DNA from: Heterodontus francisci
Lineage: Eukaryota
Reading direction: 5' to 3'
Length of the DNA stretch: 64,000 nt
Assembly (NCBI RefSeq): GCF_036365525.1
Contig: NC_090376.1
Location: 54,783,317 to 54,847,316 of the forward strand
The notes under the pieces are model-generated. The model was not told the DNA's origin and did no database searches. It worked only from the letters and a program-made list of their open reading frames with translations. This document shows, piece by piece, positions 12,488 to 23,319 of this stretch. A program made the translations under genes and the position numbers. Position 1 is the stretch's first letter. Every line of letters begins with the position of its first letter.

Positions 12488-14478
12488 CCAGAACTGCAAG
12501 CAATACTCCAGCTGTGGCCTAACCAGCACTCTATACAGCTCCAGCATCACAATCCTGCTTTTGTACTCTATACCTCGGCCAATAAAGGAATGCAATCCAT
12601 ATGCCTTCTTCACTACTATCTACCTGACCTGCCACCTTCAGGGACCTGTGGACATGCAGTCCAAATTCTCTCTATCATCTTCTACACCTCTCAATATCCT
12701 CCCGTTTATTGTATATTCCCTCGCTTTATTTGCCCTCCCCAAATGCATCACCTCACATTTCTTAGGATTGAATTCCATTTGCCACTTTTCCACCCACTCA
12801 ACCAAACGATTGATATCATTCTGGAGTTCACGACTCTCCTCCTCACTATTAACTACACAGCCAATATTTGTGTCGTCAGCAAGTTTCCCAATCATGCCTC
12901 CCACATTTAAGTACAAATCATTAATATATACCACAAACAGCAAGGGATCCAACATTGAGCCCTGTGGAACACCACTGGAAACTGCTTTTCATTCACAAAA
13001 ACATCCGTCGACTACTACCCTTTGTTTCCCGTCACTGAGCCAATTCTGGATCCAACCTGCCACCTTCCCCTGTATCCCATGGGCTTTCATTTTACTGACC
13101 AGTCTGCCATGCGGGTCCGTGTCAAATACCTTACTAAAATCCATATAAACCACATCCACTGCACTACCCTCCTTGTTACTTCCTCACAAAACTCAATCAA
13201 GTTAGTAAGACATGACCTTCCCTTAACAAATCCATGCTGACAATCCCTAATTAATCCATGCCTTCTACGTGACAGTTTATCCTGTCCCTCAGAATAGATT
13301 CTAATAGTTTATCCACCACCGAGGTCAGACTGACTGGCCTATAATTACCTGGCTTATCCTTCGCCCCCTTTTTAAACAATGGTACAACGTTCGCAGACCT
13401 CCAATCATCTGGTACCTCGCCTGTATCTAGTGATTTGAAGATGATCCTCAGCACATCTGCTATTTCCTCCCTGGCTTCCTTTAACAGCCTGGGATGCAAA
13501 ACATCCAGTCCTGGTGATTTATTCACTTTCAGGGATGTCAGACCCTCAAGCACTTTCTCTCTCATTATGCTTATCTCATTTTTCACACTCCTCCTCTTTA
13601 ACTACAATTTCTGCATCAACCTTCTCCTCTGTGAAGACAGAGACAAAAAACTCATTAAGAAGCCTGCCCACATCTTCTGCATCCACGCATAAGTTCTCCT
13701 GTACATCACTGATAGACCCTACCCTTTCTTTAGTTATCCTCTTACTCTTAATGTACTGATAAAACATCTTCAGGTTTTCCTTGATTTTACCTGCTAATCA
13801 TTTTTCATGTCCTCTGTTTGCTTTTCTAATTTCCTTTTTTACTTCACCCCTGCACTTTCTATACTCCTCTATGTTTTTTAAAATATTAAGATTATTGTGA
13901 TCATAAGCTTTTTTTTTGCTTTATTTAGAGATACAGCAATGAAACAGGCCCTTTGGCCCACCAAGTCTGTGCCGACCAACAACCACCCATTTATACTAAT
14001 CCTACATGAATCCCATATTCCCTACCACATCCACTACATTCTCCTACCTACACTAGGGGCAATTTAAAATGGCCAATTTACCTATCAACCTGCAAGTCTT
14101 TGTCTGTGGGAGGAAACTGGAGCACCCGGCGGTCACAGGGAGGACTTGCAAACTCTGCACAGGCAGTACCCAGAACTGAACCCGGGTCGCTGGAGCTGTG
14201 AGGCTGCAGTGCTAACCACTGCGCCGCCCAAATAACTTACCCTGTAAGCTTCTAGATAACCAGGGAGCTCTAGATTTGGCAGTATCGCCCTTTATCTTTG
14301 TGAGGACATGCCTACACTGTGCCTGTAGAATCTTGCTCTTGAATGCCTCCCTCTGGTTTGCCACTGATTTTCCTTCAAGTCATTGTACCCAGTCCACCTT
14401 TGCCAGGTTACCTCTCAGTTTTGTAAAATTTGCCTTCCCCCAATTTAGAACCTTTGCTCCTGCTTTATCTTTGTCCTT
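12488..14478 (-). mobile_element. CR1 LINE, degraded, 3' end lost at the minisatellite, SINE inserted
   Basis: ORFs 13576-13767, 13251-13586 and 12638-12955 (KLADDT, NYRPVSLTS). Ends abruptly at RPQLEYCLQFW where the array begins. Confidence 0.93.
13921..14229 (-). mobile_element. HE1-like SINE
   Basis: Same head, body and tail as 2949-3297. Confidence 0.9.
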
Positions 14479-15042
14479 TTATCAAACCTAACAATTTAGA
14501 GCTCAGCAAGAACAAGGGGCAGGAGGAAATCCCCAATGACTCGTAGGGGCTAAAAAGCAATATATCAATGACTACCTCCCCAGAAATAAGAACTGCCAAT
14601 GTGCCAGAACCTGAATGGTTAATGCCATGTATCGTAGAAGCAGTAGATAAGGGGTTAAAGCTTGTACAAACAGGGAACCTTGCCACATGAGTAGCAGAAA
14701 TTTGCATACTATAAGCTTCACCAACAAATCACATGGTCCTGGAGATTAACATAAAGTAGTACAAACTAGTGTGAGAGAAACTACTTCCCCATTTGGCAAT
14801 ACGCAAGAAAAGAAATGTAATTTTTGATGGTACCTCATCCAGAAGGATGATAAAATTTAAACTTGAACTTCAAATGGCTGTTACAAGCAATGCCAGCTGT
14901 AGCACTTGTAAGACGGAAGAGTGAATAAAATGAATGCGTACCATGGTGTGACCCCAAAATTTCTTAATGTTTCTTTTTTCCATCTTTCTAAACCTATAAA
15001 AATGAAGTCTAAGGAATTTCATTTTTTCCCTTTTGGGGGAGG

Positions 15043-15855
15043 TGTCACGCACACCAGATGTGCGATGATACAAACGATGGACTAACTCTGAAGAGAGTTA
15101 TAAAAAACTGACTTTGTCTTTAAAAAAATGAAACTTGATTTTTTTCTAAAAAGTGAACAATGATCTCAAAATGGCCCCTTTTGTGTATTCCAACTGTCTA
15201 ACAAAGACAAAGGACAAATCCTCAAAGGTAGAAGGTGTCAATTACATCCCAACCTAAAAATATTCCAGAATTGAATGTCTTCCTCTGAAACAAAGAAGGT
15301 GTGAGGTGGCCACATCCTGGGTCATGATGCAATCACCATGCGAAGTAGAGGAGCAGGAGGTGGGAGGTAATACTGCTTTGCCTTAAAAAAAAATCCTAGA
15401 CAGAGACAGATCTAGCAGCTTGTGTTCCAGCAAGCCAGAAGGCACATGCCCTACTGCAGAATCCAGCAGTGACCCATCCTCTTCAATCAATAGGGAAATC
15501 TACAATCATCTCAGGCCTGCACCCATCGAGAACTTGATTTACAAGAGAATCCAACAGGTTTATCATGACCACACACTGCCCACTAAAAGTCACGTTCCTT
15601 TTTTTCCTTCCCTATCTGTCTCCTCTTGCATGTGTGTGCTGGAGCAAATGCATGAGTGGATGTGGTTGCGACAATTTCAGGATAAGGCATATTGATCAAT
15701 AAACAACTGATTTTCTACTAAGAAAAGCTGTCGCTGTCTGTTCATTTGAAAAATAAAACACCAAGGGGTTAAACCCTTATCACAGAATACTTGCTGCGGT
15801 CAGGTGGGGAGTTGAACAGTGGGAACCACCCACATCGCACCACATGGTCGTAACA
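15043..15855. mobile_element. Solo LTR (family A)
   Basis: TGTCACG...CGTAACA termini, flanks GAGG/GTGG (4-bp TSD, one mismatch). Homologous to 34560-36872 and 27487-28164. Confidence 0.85.
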
Positions 15856-16365
15856 GTGGAGATGGGGTAGCTGATCAGTCATGGTCTTACTGGATGGCAG
15901 AGTGGGCTCGAATTGCTGAATGGTCTACTCCTGCTCCTATTGCTTATATTATGAGTCTTTTGATTGTAGTTTATTTTCAAACTTTCTAATTTTTTGAAGT
16001 ATTAAAATTTTAATAAGTGTAATATACCATTTGAAGATGTACTCAAGATGAGAAAAAAATCCAAACCACACCATAAGCTGTCTCAATATGCAGCTAAAAC
16101 ACTGTTGTCCAATGCAAATTACTGCCTTGCTGCACATATGGCTGTCAATACCATTGTAGTCATATGCATATTTTTATTGGAAAATATCCTACATATACTC
16201 ACACAATATAGGTACTTGTATATGTGCTTAACAATGACTACTGAGATCATATGACCACAACATTATTTATTACTGATTTTTAATTTACTAACCAGAAATG
16301 TAATTAACTACCTCTGGATTCCAACTTAGCCACATCTAACATGGGCAACACTGAACTAAAAGAAT

Positions 16366-16764
16366 TTTTTTTTATTTGCTTGTGGATGTGGGCATCGCAG
16401 GCTAAGCCAGCATTTGTTGCCCATCCCTAGTTGCCCTTGAACTGAGTGGCTTGCTAGACCATTTCAGCAGGCATTTTAAGAGTCAACCACATTGCTGAGG
16501 GTCTGGGGTCACAAGTAGGCCAAACCAGGTAAGGACGGCAAATTTCCTTCCCTCAAGGACATTAGTGAACCAGATGGGTTTTTACAGCAATCGACAATGG
16601 TTTCATGTTCATCATTAGACTAGCTGTTTAATTCCAGATTTTTATTAATTGAACTCAAATTTCACCATCAGCCATGGCGGGATTCGAACCCATGCCCCCA
16701 GAGCATTAGCCTGGGTTCTGGATTACTAATCCAGTGACATTACCACTACGGCACCGCCTCCCCC
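16366..16764 (-). mobile_element. tRNA-derived SINE (second family) with CR1-Zenon-like 3' tail
   Basis: A/B-box head (GGTGCCGTAGTGGTAATG...GGTTCGAATCCC). The tail AAGGGCAACTAGGGATGGGCAACAAATGCTGGC...A-rich end matches the LINE end at 45168. Confidence 0.88.
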
Positions 16765-17027
16765 GTAAACCTAAGTGTACTTGGAAAAACTCTCACATTT
16801 TGCAAGCCAAGCAAGAAAATATTGAATCTAATTATTCGAAATTGTAGATAATTGCACCATGTCCACTCAACAATTTAATAAGACGTTTTGATCTCTTCAA
16901 AAACATTGCCCCTATGCCAACTTCCAGAATAGCTGCTGTTGAAAGTATCACTTACATTACAGGAATCAAAGAGGTCACCAAGTGGGAATGTCTCAATTCT
17001 AATCATAAATAAATCATAATTACATAA

Positions 17028-17301
17028 TGCCTGTCATGCATGACCTTAGAACGTCCCAACGCACTTGGCAGTCAATGAACTATTTCCTGAAATAATATTT
17101 ATTGTTGTAATGTGAGCAAGCGTGTCAGCCAAAGTGTGCACAACAAAGGTCGCACAAACAGCCATGAGATCAATCGCCACATACTCTATTTTAATGATCT
17201 TTGTTGAATAATAAACATATATTGGAGATCTCCCTTGGTCTTCGAATAGTGCCATGGAATTTTCACGTTCACCTGAAAGGGCAAAGCAGGGCCTCGGTTT
17301 T
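17028..17301 (-). mobile_element. Deu-domain SINE fragment (SacSINE1/AmnSINE1-like)
   Basis: Minus strand AAAACCGAGGCCCTG...CAGGTGAACGTGAAAATTCCATGGCACTATTCGAAG, the Deu core. Homologous to 60278-60608. Confidence 0.7.
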
Positions 17302-17536
17302 ATATGCTGGTGTCAATGGCCCTGCTAATTTTCTTGGCATAATCCTCCTCCTCTTCTAAAGCTTCAGCTCACCTAAGCAACGTGACATGGGATCTGGCAA
17401 CAGTCAATGGTTTCATGTTCCTTTGTTGCACATTACACAATAATCACCATGATTACCATACTTTCATCAGACACTACCCAGGCCCATCCCGGTACTAGGC
17501 CAGTGCTGGCTATGCTGTTGTCCGGTCGTGTCTCAC

Positions 17537-17751
17537 CTCTGTAATCGGGCGGCAGTGCTCAGTAGACGTCGGTCCGATATCCCGCTGCTGATCGCACCGG
17601 CTCCACCAAGTAGAAACAGCCCGTCCTCTCCTCGGCTTCCGCTCCAGGAAATCCTTGGTCCCCAGTTCCTAAAACAATCTTGGAATCGCAACCGCTTTAA
17701 GGCCACATTTTGGGAAGTCAGCAGAACTCACCTAATGGCCGTGGCTGCCAT
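17537..17751 (-). CDS. FDX1: FDX1 exon 1 coding part (mitochondrial presequence) with an in-frame TGA at 17728-17730
   Basis: ATG at 17751 (gacATGG): MAATAIR*VLLTSQNVALKRLRFQDCFRNWGPRISWSGSRGEDGLFLLGGAGAISSGISDRRLLSTAARLQ(S). Donor AG|gtgaga is phase 2 and joins exon 2 in frame to give RLQSSKDK, like human ARSSSEDK. Confidence 0.88.
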
Positions 17752-17990
17752 GTCAGTATCTGGGACTTTGACTCAGTTTAAAACTTGTTTCCGCTTCTTC
17801 CACGGAACCCGCTGGCCACTACCGCTGCCTCGCGCCGACCTACCTGCGCTAACGTCAGCAGCCGCGCGCCGCAAGGAGTGCCCGAGCCGGCGCCAGAGGG
17901 GCGGGCCATGCGCGTTTCCAGGGCAACTGGAAGACCTGACTTTCCAGCTTCGTGCTGAGGTAACTGCGCATTTACTTTTCAAATCGACAG
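17752..17990. promoter_or_regulatory. CpG-island, probably bidirectional promoter of FDX1
   Basis: CpG-dense. GC box GGGGCGGGCC (17898-17907), CRE-like TAACGTCA (17850-17857), RFX X-box GTTTCCAGGGCAAC (17914-17927), and a plus-strand donor GAG|GTAACT at 17959. Confidence 0.75.
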
Positions 17991-19174
17991 GGCAGGGGGA
18001 AATATTACAGGATAGTCTGGAGCCCGACATTTGGATCAAATCTGCTGCCTTGCTGATGGGTTGTTGCATGTTTAGAATTAGCCTGGTAATAATGGGCTAA
18101 ATTTATGCACTGAGTGTGGTCAATAAGGTTGGTGAGATGCAGAAGCAGATAGCCATGTGGAAATATGATGTTGTGCAGATAATGGAGACCTGGCTCAAAA
18201 AACCTGGCAGGACTGGATACTACATACCCCTGGATACAGGAAAAATAGGGAAGGAAAGAAAGGAGGAGGGGTAGCAGTATTAAGGAGAACATTACAGTGC
18301 TGGAGAGAGAGGATGTAATTGAGCGGTCACGGACAGAATCTATTTGGTTAGAAGTAGAAACAGTAGAGGTACCATTACATTGCTGGGTGTATTCTAGAGG
18401 CAACCAACTAGTGGGAAAGATATAGAGGAACAAATTTGCAAGGAAATTACAGAGATGTACAAGAATTATAGTGTGGTTATAATGGGGTACTTTAATTATC
18501 ATAATTATAGACCGTAATAGTGTAAAGAGCAAAGAGGGGCAAAAGTTTCTAGGGGTGTGTTCAGGAGAATTTTCTACATCAGTATATTTCCAGGCCAACA
18601 AGGAAGGAGGCATTGCTGGATCTGGTTTTGGGGAATGGGGAACATTTAGAGGGCAGTGATCATAGCACCATAAGGTTTAGGTCGCTATGGAAAATGACAA
18701 GGAGCAATCAAGAGTAAACATAATTAATTGGGGGAGGGCCAACTTCAATGGGGTGAGAACAGATCTACCCAAATAAATTGGAATCAAAGATAGGCAGGCA
18801 AAACTGCAATAGGCTGCCTTTAAAGAGGAGATAGTTTGGGTAGAGTCAAGGTACATTCCCAGGAGAGGCAAAGGTAGGGCAAACATATCCAGAACTCCCT
18901 GGATGATGAAAAGGATAGAGTGTAAGATGAAGCAGAAAAAGGGTGCATATGACAGATGTCAGGTGGATAGTACAATTGAGAACCAGGCTAAATATAGAAA
19001 GTTCAGAAGGGAAGTGAAAAACCGAATCAGAGAAGTAAAGAGAGAGTATGAGAAAAGACTGGCAGCTAATATAAAAGGGAATCCGAAAGGAGGAGTGGGG
19101 CCGATTAGGGACATAAAAGGGAATTTATGCATGGGGACAAGGCTGAGGTTCCAATGAATACTTTGGATCTGTCT

Positions 19175-22100
19175 TTTTGGTTCTGGGTACTGCCTGTGCG
19201 GAGTTTGCAAGTTCTCCCTGTGACCGCATGGGTTTCCTCCCACAGCCAAAGACTTGCAGGTTGATAAGTAAATTGGCCATTGTAAATTTCCCCGAGTGTA
19301 CAAAGAACAAAGAAAATTACAGCACAGGAACAGGCCCTTCGGCCCTCCAAGCCTGCGCCGATCCAGATCCTCTCTCTAAACATGTCACCTATTTTCTAAG
19401 GTTCTGTATCTGTTTTCTTCCTGCCCATTCATGTATCTGTCTAGATACATCTTAAAAGACTCCATCGTGCCCGCATCTACCACCTCCGCTGGCAATGCGT
19501 TCCAGGTGCCCACCACCCTCTGCGTAAAGAACTTTCCACGCATATCCCCCCTAAACTTTTCCCCTTTCACTTTGAACTCGTGTCCTCTAGTAATTGAAAC
19601 CCCCACTCTGGGAAAAAGCCTCATGCTATCCACCCTGTCTATACCTCTCATGATTTTGTACACCTCAATCAGGTCCCCCCTCAACCTCCGTCTTTCTAAT
19701 GAAAATAATCCTAATCTACTCAACCTCTCTTCATAGCTAGCGCCCTCCATACCAGGCAACATCCTGGTGAACCTCCTCTGCACCCTCTCCAAAGCATCCA
19801 CATCCTTTTGATAATGTGGCGACCAGAACTGTACGCAGTATTCCAAATGTGGCCGAACCAAAGTCCTATACAACTGTAACATGACCTGCCAACTCTTGTA
19901 CTCAATGCCCCGTCCGATGAAGGAAAGCATGCCGTATGCCTTCTTGACCACTCTATTTACCTGCATTGCCACCTTCAGGGAACAGTGGACCTGAACACCC
20001 AAATCTCTCTGGACATCAATTTTCCCCAGGACTTTTCCATTTACTGTATAGTTCACTCTTGAATTGGATCTTCCAAAATGCATCACCTCGCATTTGCCCT
20101 GATTGAACTCCATCTGCCATTTCTCTGCCCAACTCTCCAATCTATCTATATTCTGCTGTATTCTCTGACAGTCCCCTTCACTATCTGCTACTCCACCAAT
20201 CTTAGTGTCGTCTGCAAACTTGCTAATCAGTCCACCTATACTTTCCTCCAAATCATTAATGTATATCACAAACAACAGTGGTCCCAGCACGGATCCCTGT
20301 GGAACACCACTGGTCACACGTCTCCATTTTGAGAAACTCCCTTCCACTGCTACTCTCTGTCTCCTGTTGCCCAGCCAGTTCTTTATCCATCTAGCTAGTA
20401 CACCTTGGACCCCAAGCGCCTTCACTTTCTCCATCAGCCTGCCATGGGGAACCTTATCAAATGCCTTACTGAAGTCCATGTATATGACATCTACAGCCCT
20501 TCCCTCATCAATCAACTTTGTCACTTCCTCAAAGAATTCTATTAAGTTGGTTAGACATGACCTTCCCTGCACAAAACCATGTTGCCTATCACTGATGAGC
20601 CCATTTTCTTCCAAATGGGAATAGATCCTATCCCTCAGTATCTTCTCCAGCAGCTTCCCTACCACTGACGTCAGGCTCACCGGTCTATAATTACCTGGAT
20701 TATCCCTGCTACCCTTCTTAAGCAAGGGGACAACATTAGCAATTCTCCAGTCCTCCGGGACCTCACCCGTGTTTAAGGATGCTGCAAAGATATCTGTTAA
20801 GGCCCCAGCTATTTCCTCTCTCGCTTCCCTCAGTAACCTGGGATAGATCCCATCCGGACCTGGGGACTTGTCCACCTTAATGCCCTTTAGAATACCCAAC
20901 ACTTCCTCCCTCCTTATGCCGACTTGACCTAGAGTAATCAAACATCTGTTCCTAACCTCAACATCCGTCATGTCCCTCTCCTCGGTGAATACCGATGCAA
21001 AGTACTCGTTTAGAATCTCACCCATTTTCTCTGAGTCCAAGCATAACATTCCTCCTTTGTCCTTTAGTGGGTCAATCCTTTCTCTAGTTACCCTCTTTCG
21101 CCTTATATATGAATAAAAGGCTTTGGGATTTTCCTTAACCCTGTTTGCTAAAGATATTTCATGACCCCTTTTAGCCCTCTTAATTCCTCGTTTCAGATTG
21201 GTCCTACATTCCCGATATTCTTTCAAAGCTTCGTCTTTCATCAGCCGCCTAGACCTTATGTATGCTTCCTTTTTCCTCTTAGCTAGTCTCACAATTTCAC
21301 CTGTCATCCATGGTTCCCTAATCTTGCCATTTCTATCCCTCATTTTCACAGGAACATGTCTCTCCTGCACGCTAATCAACCTCTCTTTAAAAGCCTCCCA
21401 CATATCACATGTGGATTTACCTTCAAACAGCTGCTCCCAATCTACATTTCCCAGCTCCTGCCGAATTTTGGTATAGTTGGCCTTCCCCCAATTTAGCACT
21501 CTTCCTTTAGGACCACTCTCGTCTTTGTCCATGAGTATTCTAAAACTTACGGAATTGTGATCACTATTCCCAAAGTAGTCCCCTACTGAAACGTCAACCA
21601 CCTGGCCCGGCTCATTTCCCAACACCAGGTCCAGTATGGCCCCTTCCCGAGTTGGACTATTTACATACTGCTCTAGAAAACCCTCCTGGATGCTCCTTAC
21701 AAATTCTGCTCCATCTGGACCTCTAACACTAAGCGAATCCCAGTCAATGTTGGGAAAATTAAAATCTCCTATCACCACCACCCTGTTGCTCCTACATCTT
21801 TCCATAATCTGTTTACATATTTGTACCTCTATCTCACGCTCGCTGTTGGGAGGCCTGTAGTACAGCCCCAACATTGTTACCGCACCCTTCCTATTTCTGA
21901 GTTCTGTCCATATTGCCTCACTGCTCGAGTCCTCCATAGTGCCCTCCTTCAGCACAGCTGTGATATCCTCTTTGACCAGTAATGCAACTCCTCCACCCCT
22001 TTTACCTCCCTCTCTATCCCGCCTGAAGCATCGATATCCTGGGATATTTAGTTGCCAATCATGCCCTTCCCTCAACCAAGTCTCAGTAATAGCAATAACA

Positions 22101-22347
22101 TCATACTCCCAGGTACTAATCCAAGCCCTAAGTTCATCTGCCTTACCTACTACACTTCTTGCATTAAAACAAATGCACCTCAGACCACCAGTCCCTTTAT
22201 ATGTAGGTAGGTGGTAGGAGAATTGAGGGACGGTGGGGATGTGGTAGGGAATATGGGATTAATGTAGAATTAGTATAAATGGATGGTTGATGGTCGGCAC
22301 AGACTCAGTGGGCCGAAGGGCCTGTTGCAGTTCTGTATCTCTCTATT
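19175..22347 (+). mobile_element. 5'-truncated HE1-like SINE split by a CR1 (parts 19175-19300 and 22202-22347)
   Basis: The SINE body stops at ...ccccgagtgta and resumes at tgtaggtaggtggtagg. TGTA is duplicated. Confidence 0.85.
19385..22198 (-). CDS. CR1 LINE ORF2 (APE endonuclease + reverse transcriptase), uninterrupted frame; element spans ~19301-22198
   Basis: The 896-aa ORF extends upstream without stops to KGTGGLRCICFNARSV...ITETWL (937 codons). GDFN, SDH, PQGSVLGP and KFADD motifs are intact. (TTCTTTG)n tail. Confidence 0.95.
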   Translation of the reverse strand, partial: KGTGGLRCICFNARSVVGKADELRAWISTWEYDVIAITETWLREGHDWQLNIPGYRCFRRDREGGKRGGGVALLVKEDITAVLKEGTMEDSSSEAIWTELRNRKGAVTMLGLYYRPPNSEREIEVQICKQIMERCRSNRVVVIGDFNFPNIDWDSLSVRGPDGAEFVRSIQEGFLEQYVNSPTREGAILDLVLGNEPGQVVDVSVGDYFGNSDHNSVSFRILMDKDESGPKGRVLNWGKANYTKIRQELGNVDWEQLFEGKSTCDMWEAFKERLISVQERHVPVKMRDRNGKIREPWMTGEIVRLAKRKKEAYIRSRRLMKDEALKEYRECRTNLKRGIKRAKRGHEISLANRVKENPKAFYSYIRRKRVTRERIDPLKDKGGMLCLDSEKMGEILNEYFASVFTEERDMTDVEVRNRCLITLGQVGIRREEVLGILKGIKVDKSPGPDGIYPRLLREAREEIAGALTDIFAASLNTGEVPEDWRIANVVPLLKKGSRDNPGNYRPVSLTSVVGKLLEKILRDRIYSHLEENGLISDRQHGFVQGRSCLTNLIEFFEEVTKLIDEGRAVDVIYMDFSKAFDKVPHGRLMEKVKALGVQGVLARWIKNWLGNRRQRVAVEGSFSKWRRVTSGVPQGSVLGPLLFVIYINDLEESIGGLISKFADDTKIGGVADSEGDCQRIQQNIDRLESWAEKWQMEFNQGKCEVMHFGRSNSRVNYTVNGKVLGKIDVQRDLGVQVHCSLKVAMQVNRVVKKAYGMLSFIGRGIEYKSWQVMLQLYRTLVRPHLEYCVQFWSPHYQKDVDALERVQRRFTRMLPGMEGASYEERLSRLGLFSLERRRLRGDLIEVYKIMRGIDRVDSMRLFPRVGVSITRGHEFKVKGEKFRGDMRGKFFTQRVVGTWNALPAEVVDAGTMESFKMYLDRYMNGQEENRYRTLENR

Positions 22348-23104
22348 TACCAAGGAAGAAGATGCTGCCCCAGTCATAGTGAAAGAGGAGGTATTTAAAA
22401 CGCTGCATGGACTAAAAGTTGATAAAGAGTTGATATTAGATAGGCTGGCTGAACTTAAAGTTGATAATCCATCAGGACCGGATGAGATGCATCTGAGGAT
22501 ACTGAAGGAAGTAAGGGTGGAAATTGCAGAGGCACTGGCCATAATCTTCCAATCCTCCTTCGATACAGGGGTGGTGCCAGAGGACTGGAGAATTGTAAAT
22601 GTTCCACCACTGTAAAAAAAAAAGAGTGTAAGAATAAGCCCAGCAATTACAGGCCAGTCAGTTTAACCTTAGTGGTGGGAAAGCTTTTAGAAATGATAAT
22701 TCAAGACAAAATTAACTGTCGCTTAGACAAATGTGGATTAATTAAGGAAAACCAGCACATATTTGTTAAGGGAAAATCGTGTTTAACTAACTTGCTTGAG
22801 TTTTTTGATGAAGTAACAGAAAGAGTTAATGAGGGTAATGCAGTTGATATGGTGTACATGAACTTCCAAAAGACATTTGATAAAGTGCTTCATAGCAGTC
22901 TTCTAACAAGGTTAGAGCCCATGGAATAAAAGAGACAGTAGCAGCGTGGATACAAAATTGGCTGAGTGGCAGGAAACAGAGAGAACAGTTTTTGGACTGG
23001 AGGAAAGAATATAGTGGGGTTCCCCAGGGTTCGGTGTTGGGACCCCTGCTTTTCTTGATATATATTAATGGCCTAGTCTTGGGTATACAGGGCACACTCT
23101 CTAT

Positions 23105-23319
23105 ACCAGTGGGCAACAGGCATGGCTGCTTGTCCTCGCCCCCATGGAGAAGACAGTGGCCGCTGTCATTGAAGGTGGAAGAATTTCTCTCTGAACACCC
23201 TGTGTGGTTATGACCTCCCATTGAGAGTCTTTCTTCCCCCTCCTCCACCCCCCTGTATTGCTCTGTAATGCCTCTGTTCATTCTCCCTGTCATGCTGTAG
23301 GCCAAGGTGGTTGTGAACT
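23105..23319 (+). repeat. 215-bp direct copy of 26946-27160 inserted in CR1 RT
   Basis: Identical by eye except one C/T. Also seen as duplicated ORFs 22826-23305 and 26943-27146. Confidence 0.95.

Noticed and set aside
11754-12910. Long ORFs of 249-360 aa (SLARP/EREG repeats)
   Set aside because: They are translations of the stop-free minisatellite fused to CR1 sequence, not genes.
16680-16764. tRNA-like A/B-box sequences (also ~3230-3297, 14170-14229, 24272-24360, 49870-49941)
   Set aside because: They are SINE heads continuous with SINE bodies, not tRNA genes.
17528-18100. 190-aa plus ORF and 98-aa minus ORF over the CpG island
   Set aside because: GC-rich stop-poor promoter DNA, antisense or upstream to FDX1 exon 1, with no recognisable protein.
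19385-22075. RT ORF as a retron, DGR, group II intron or CRISPR-associated RT
   Set aside because: The N-terminal APE domain, CR1 motifs, microsatellite tail and vertebrate context identify it as a LINE ORF2.
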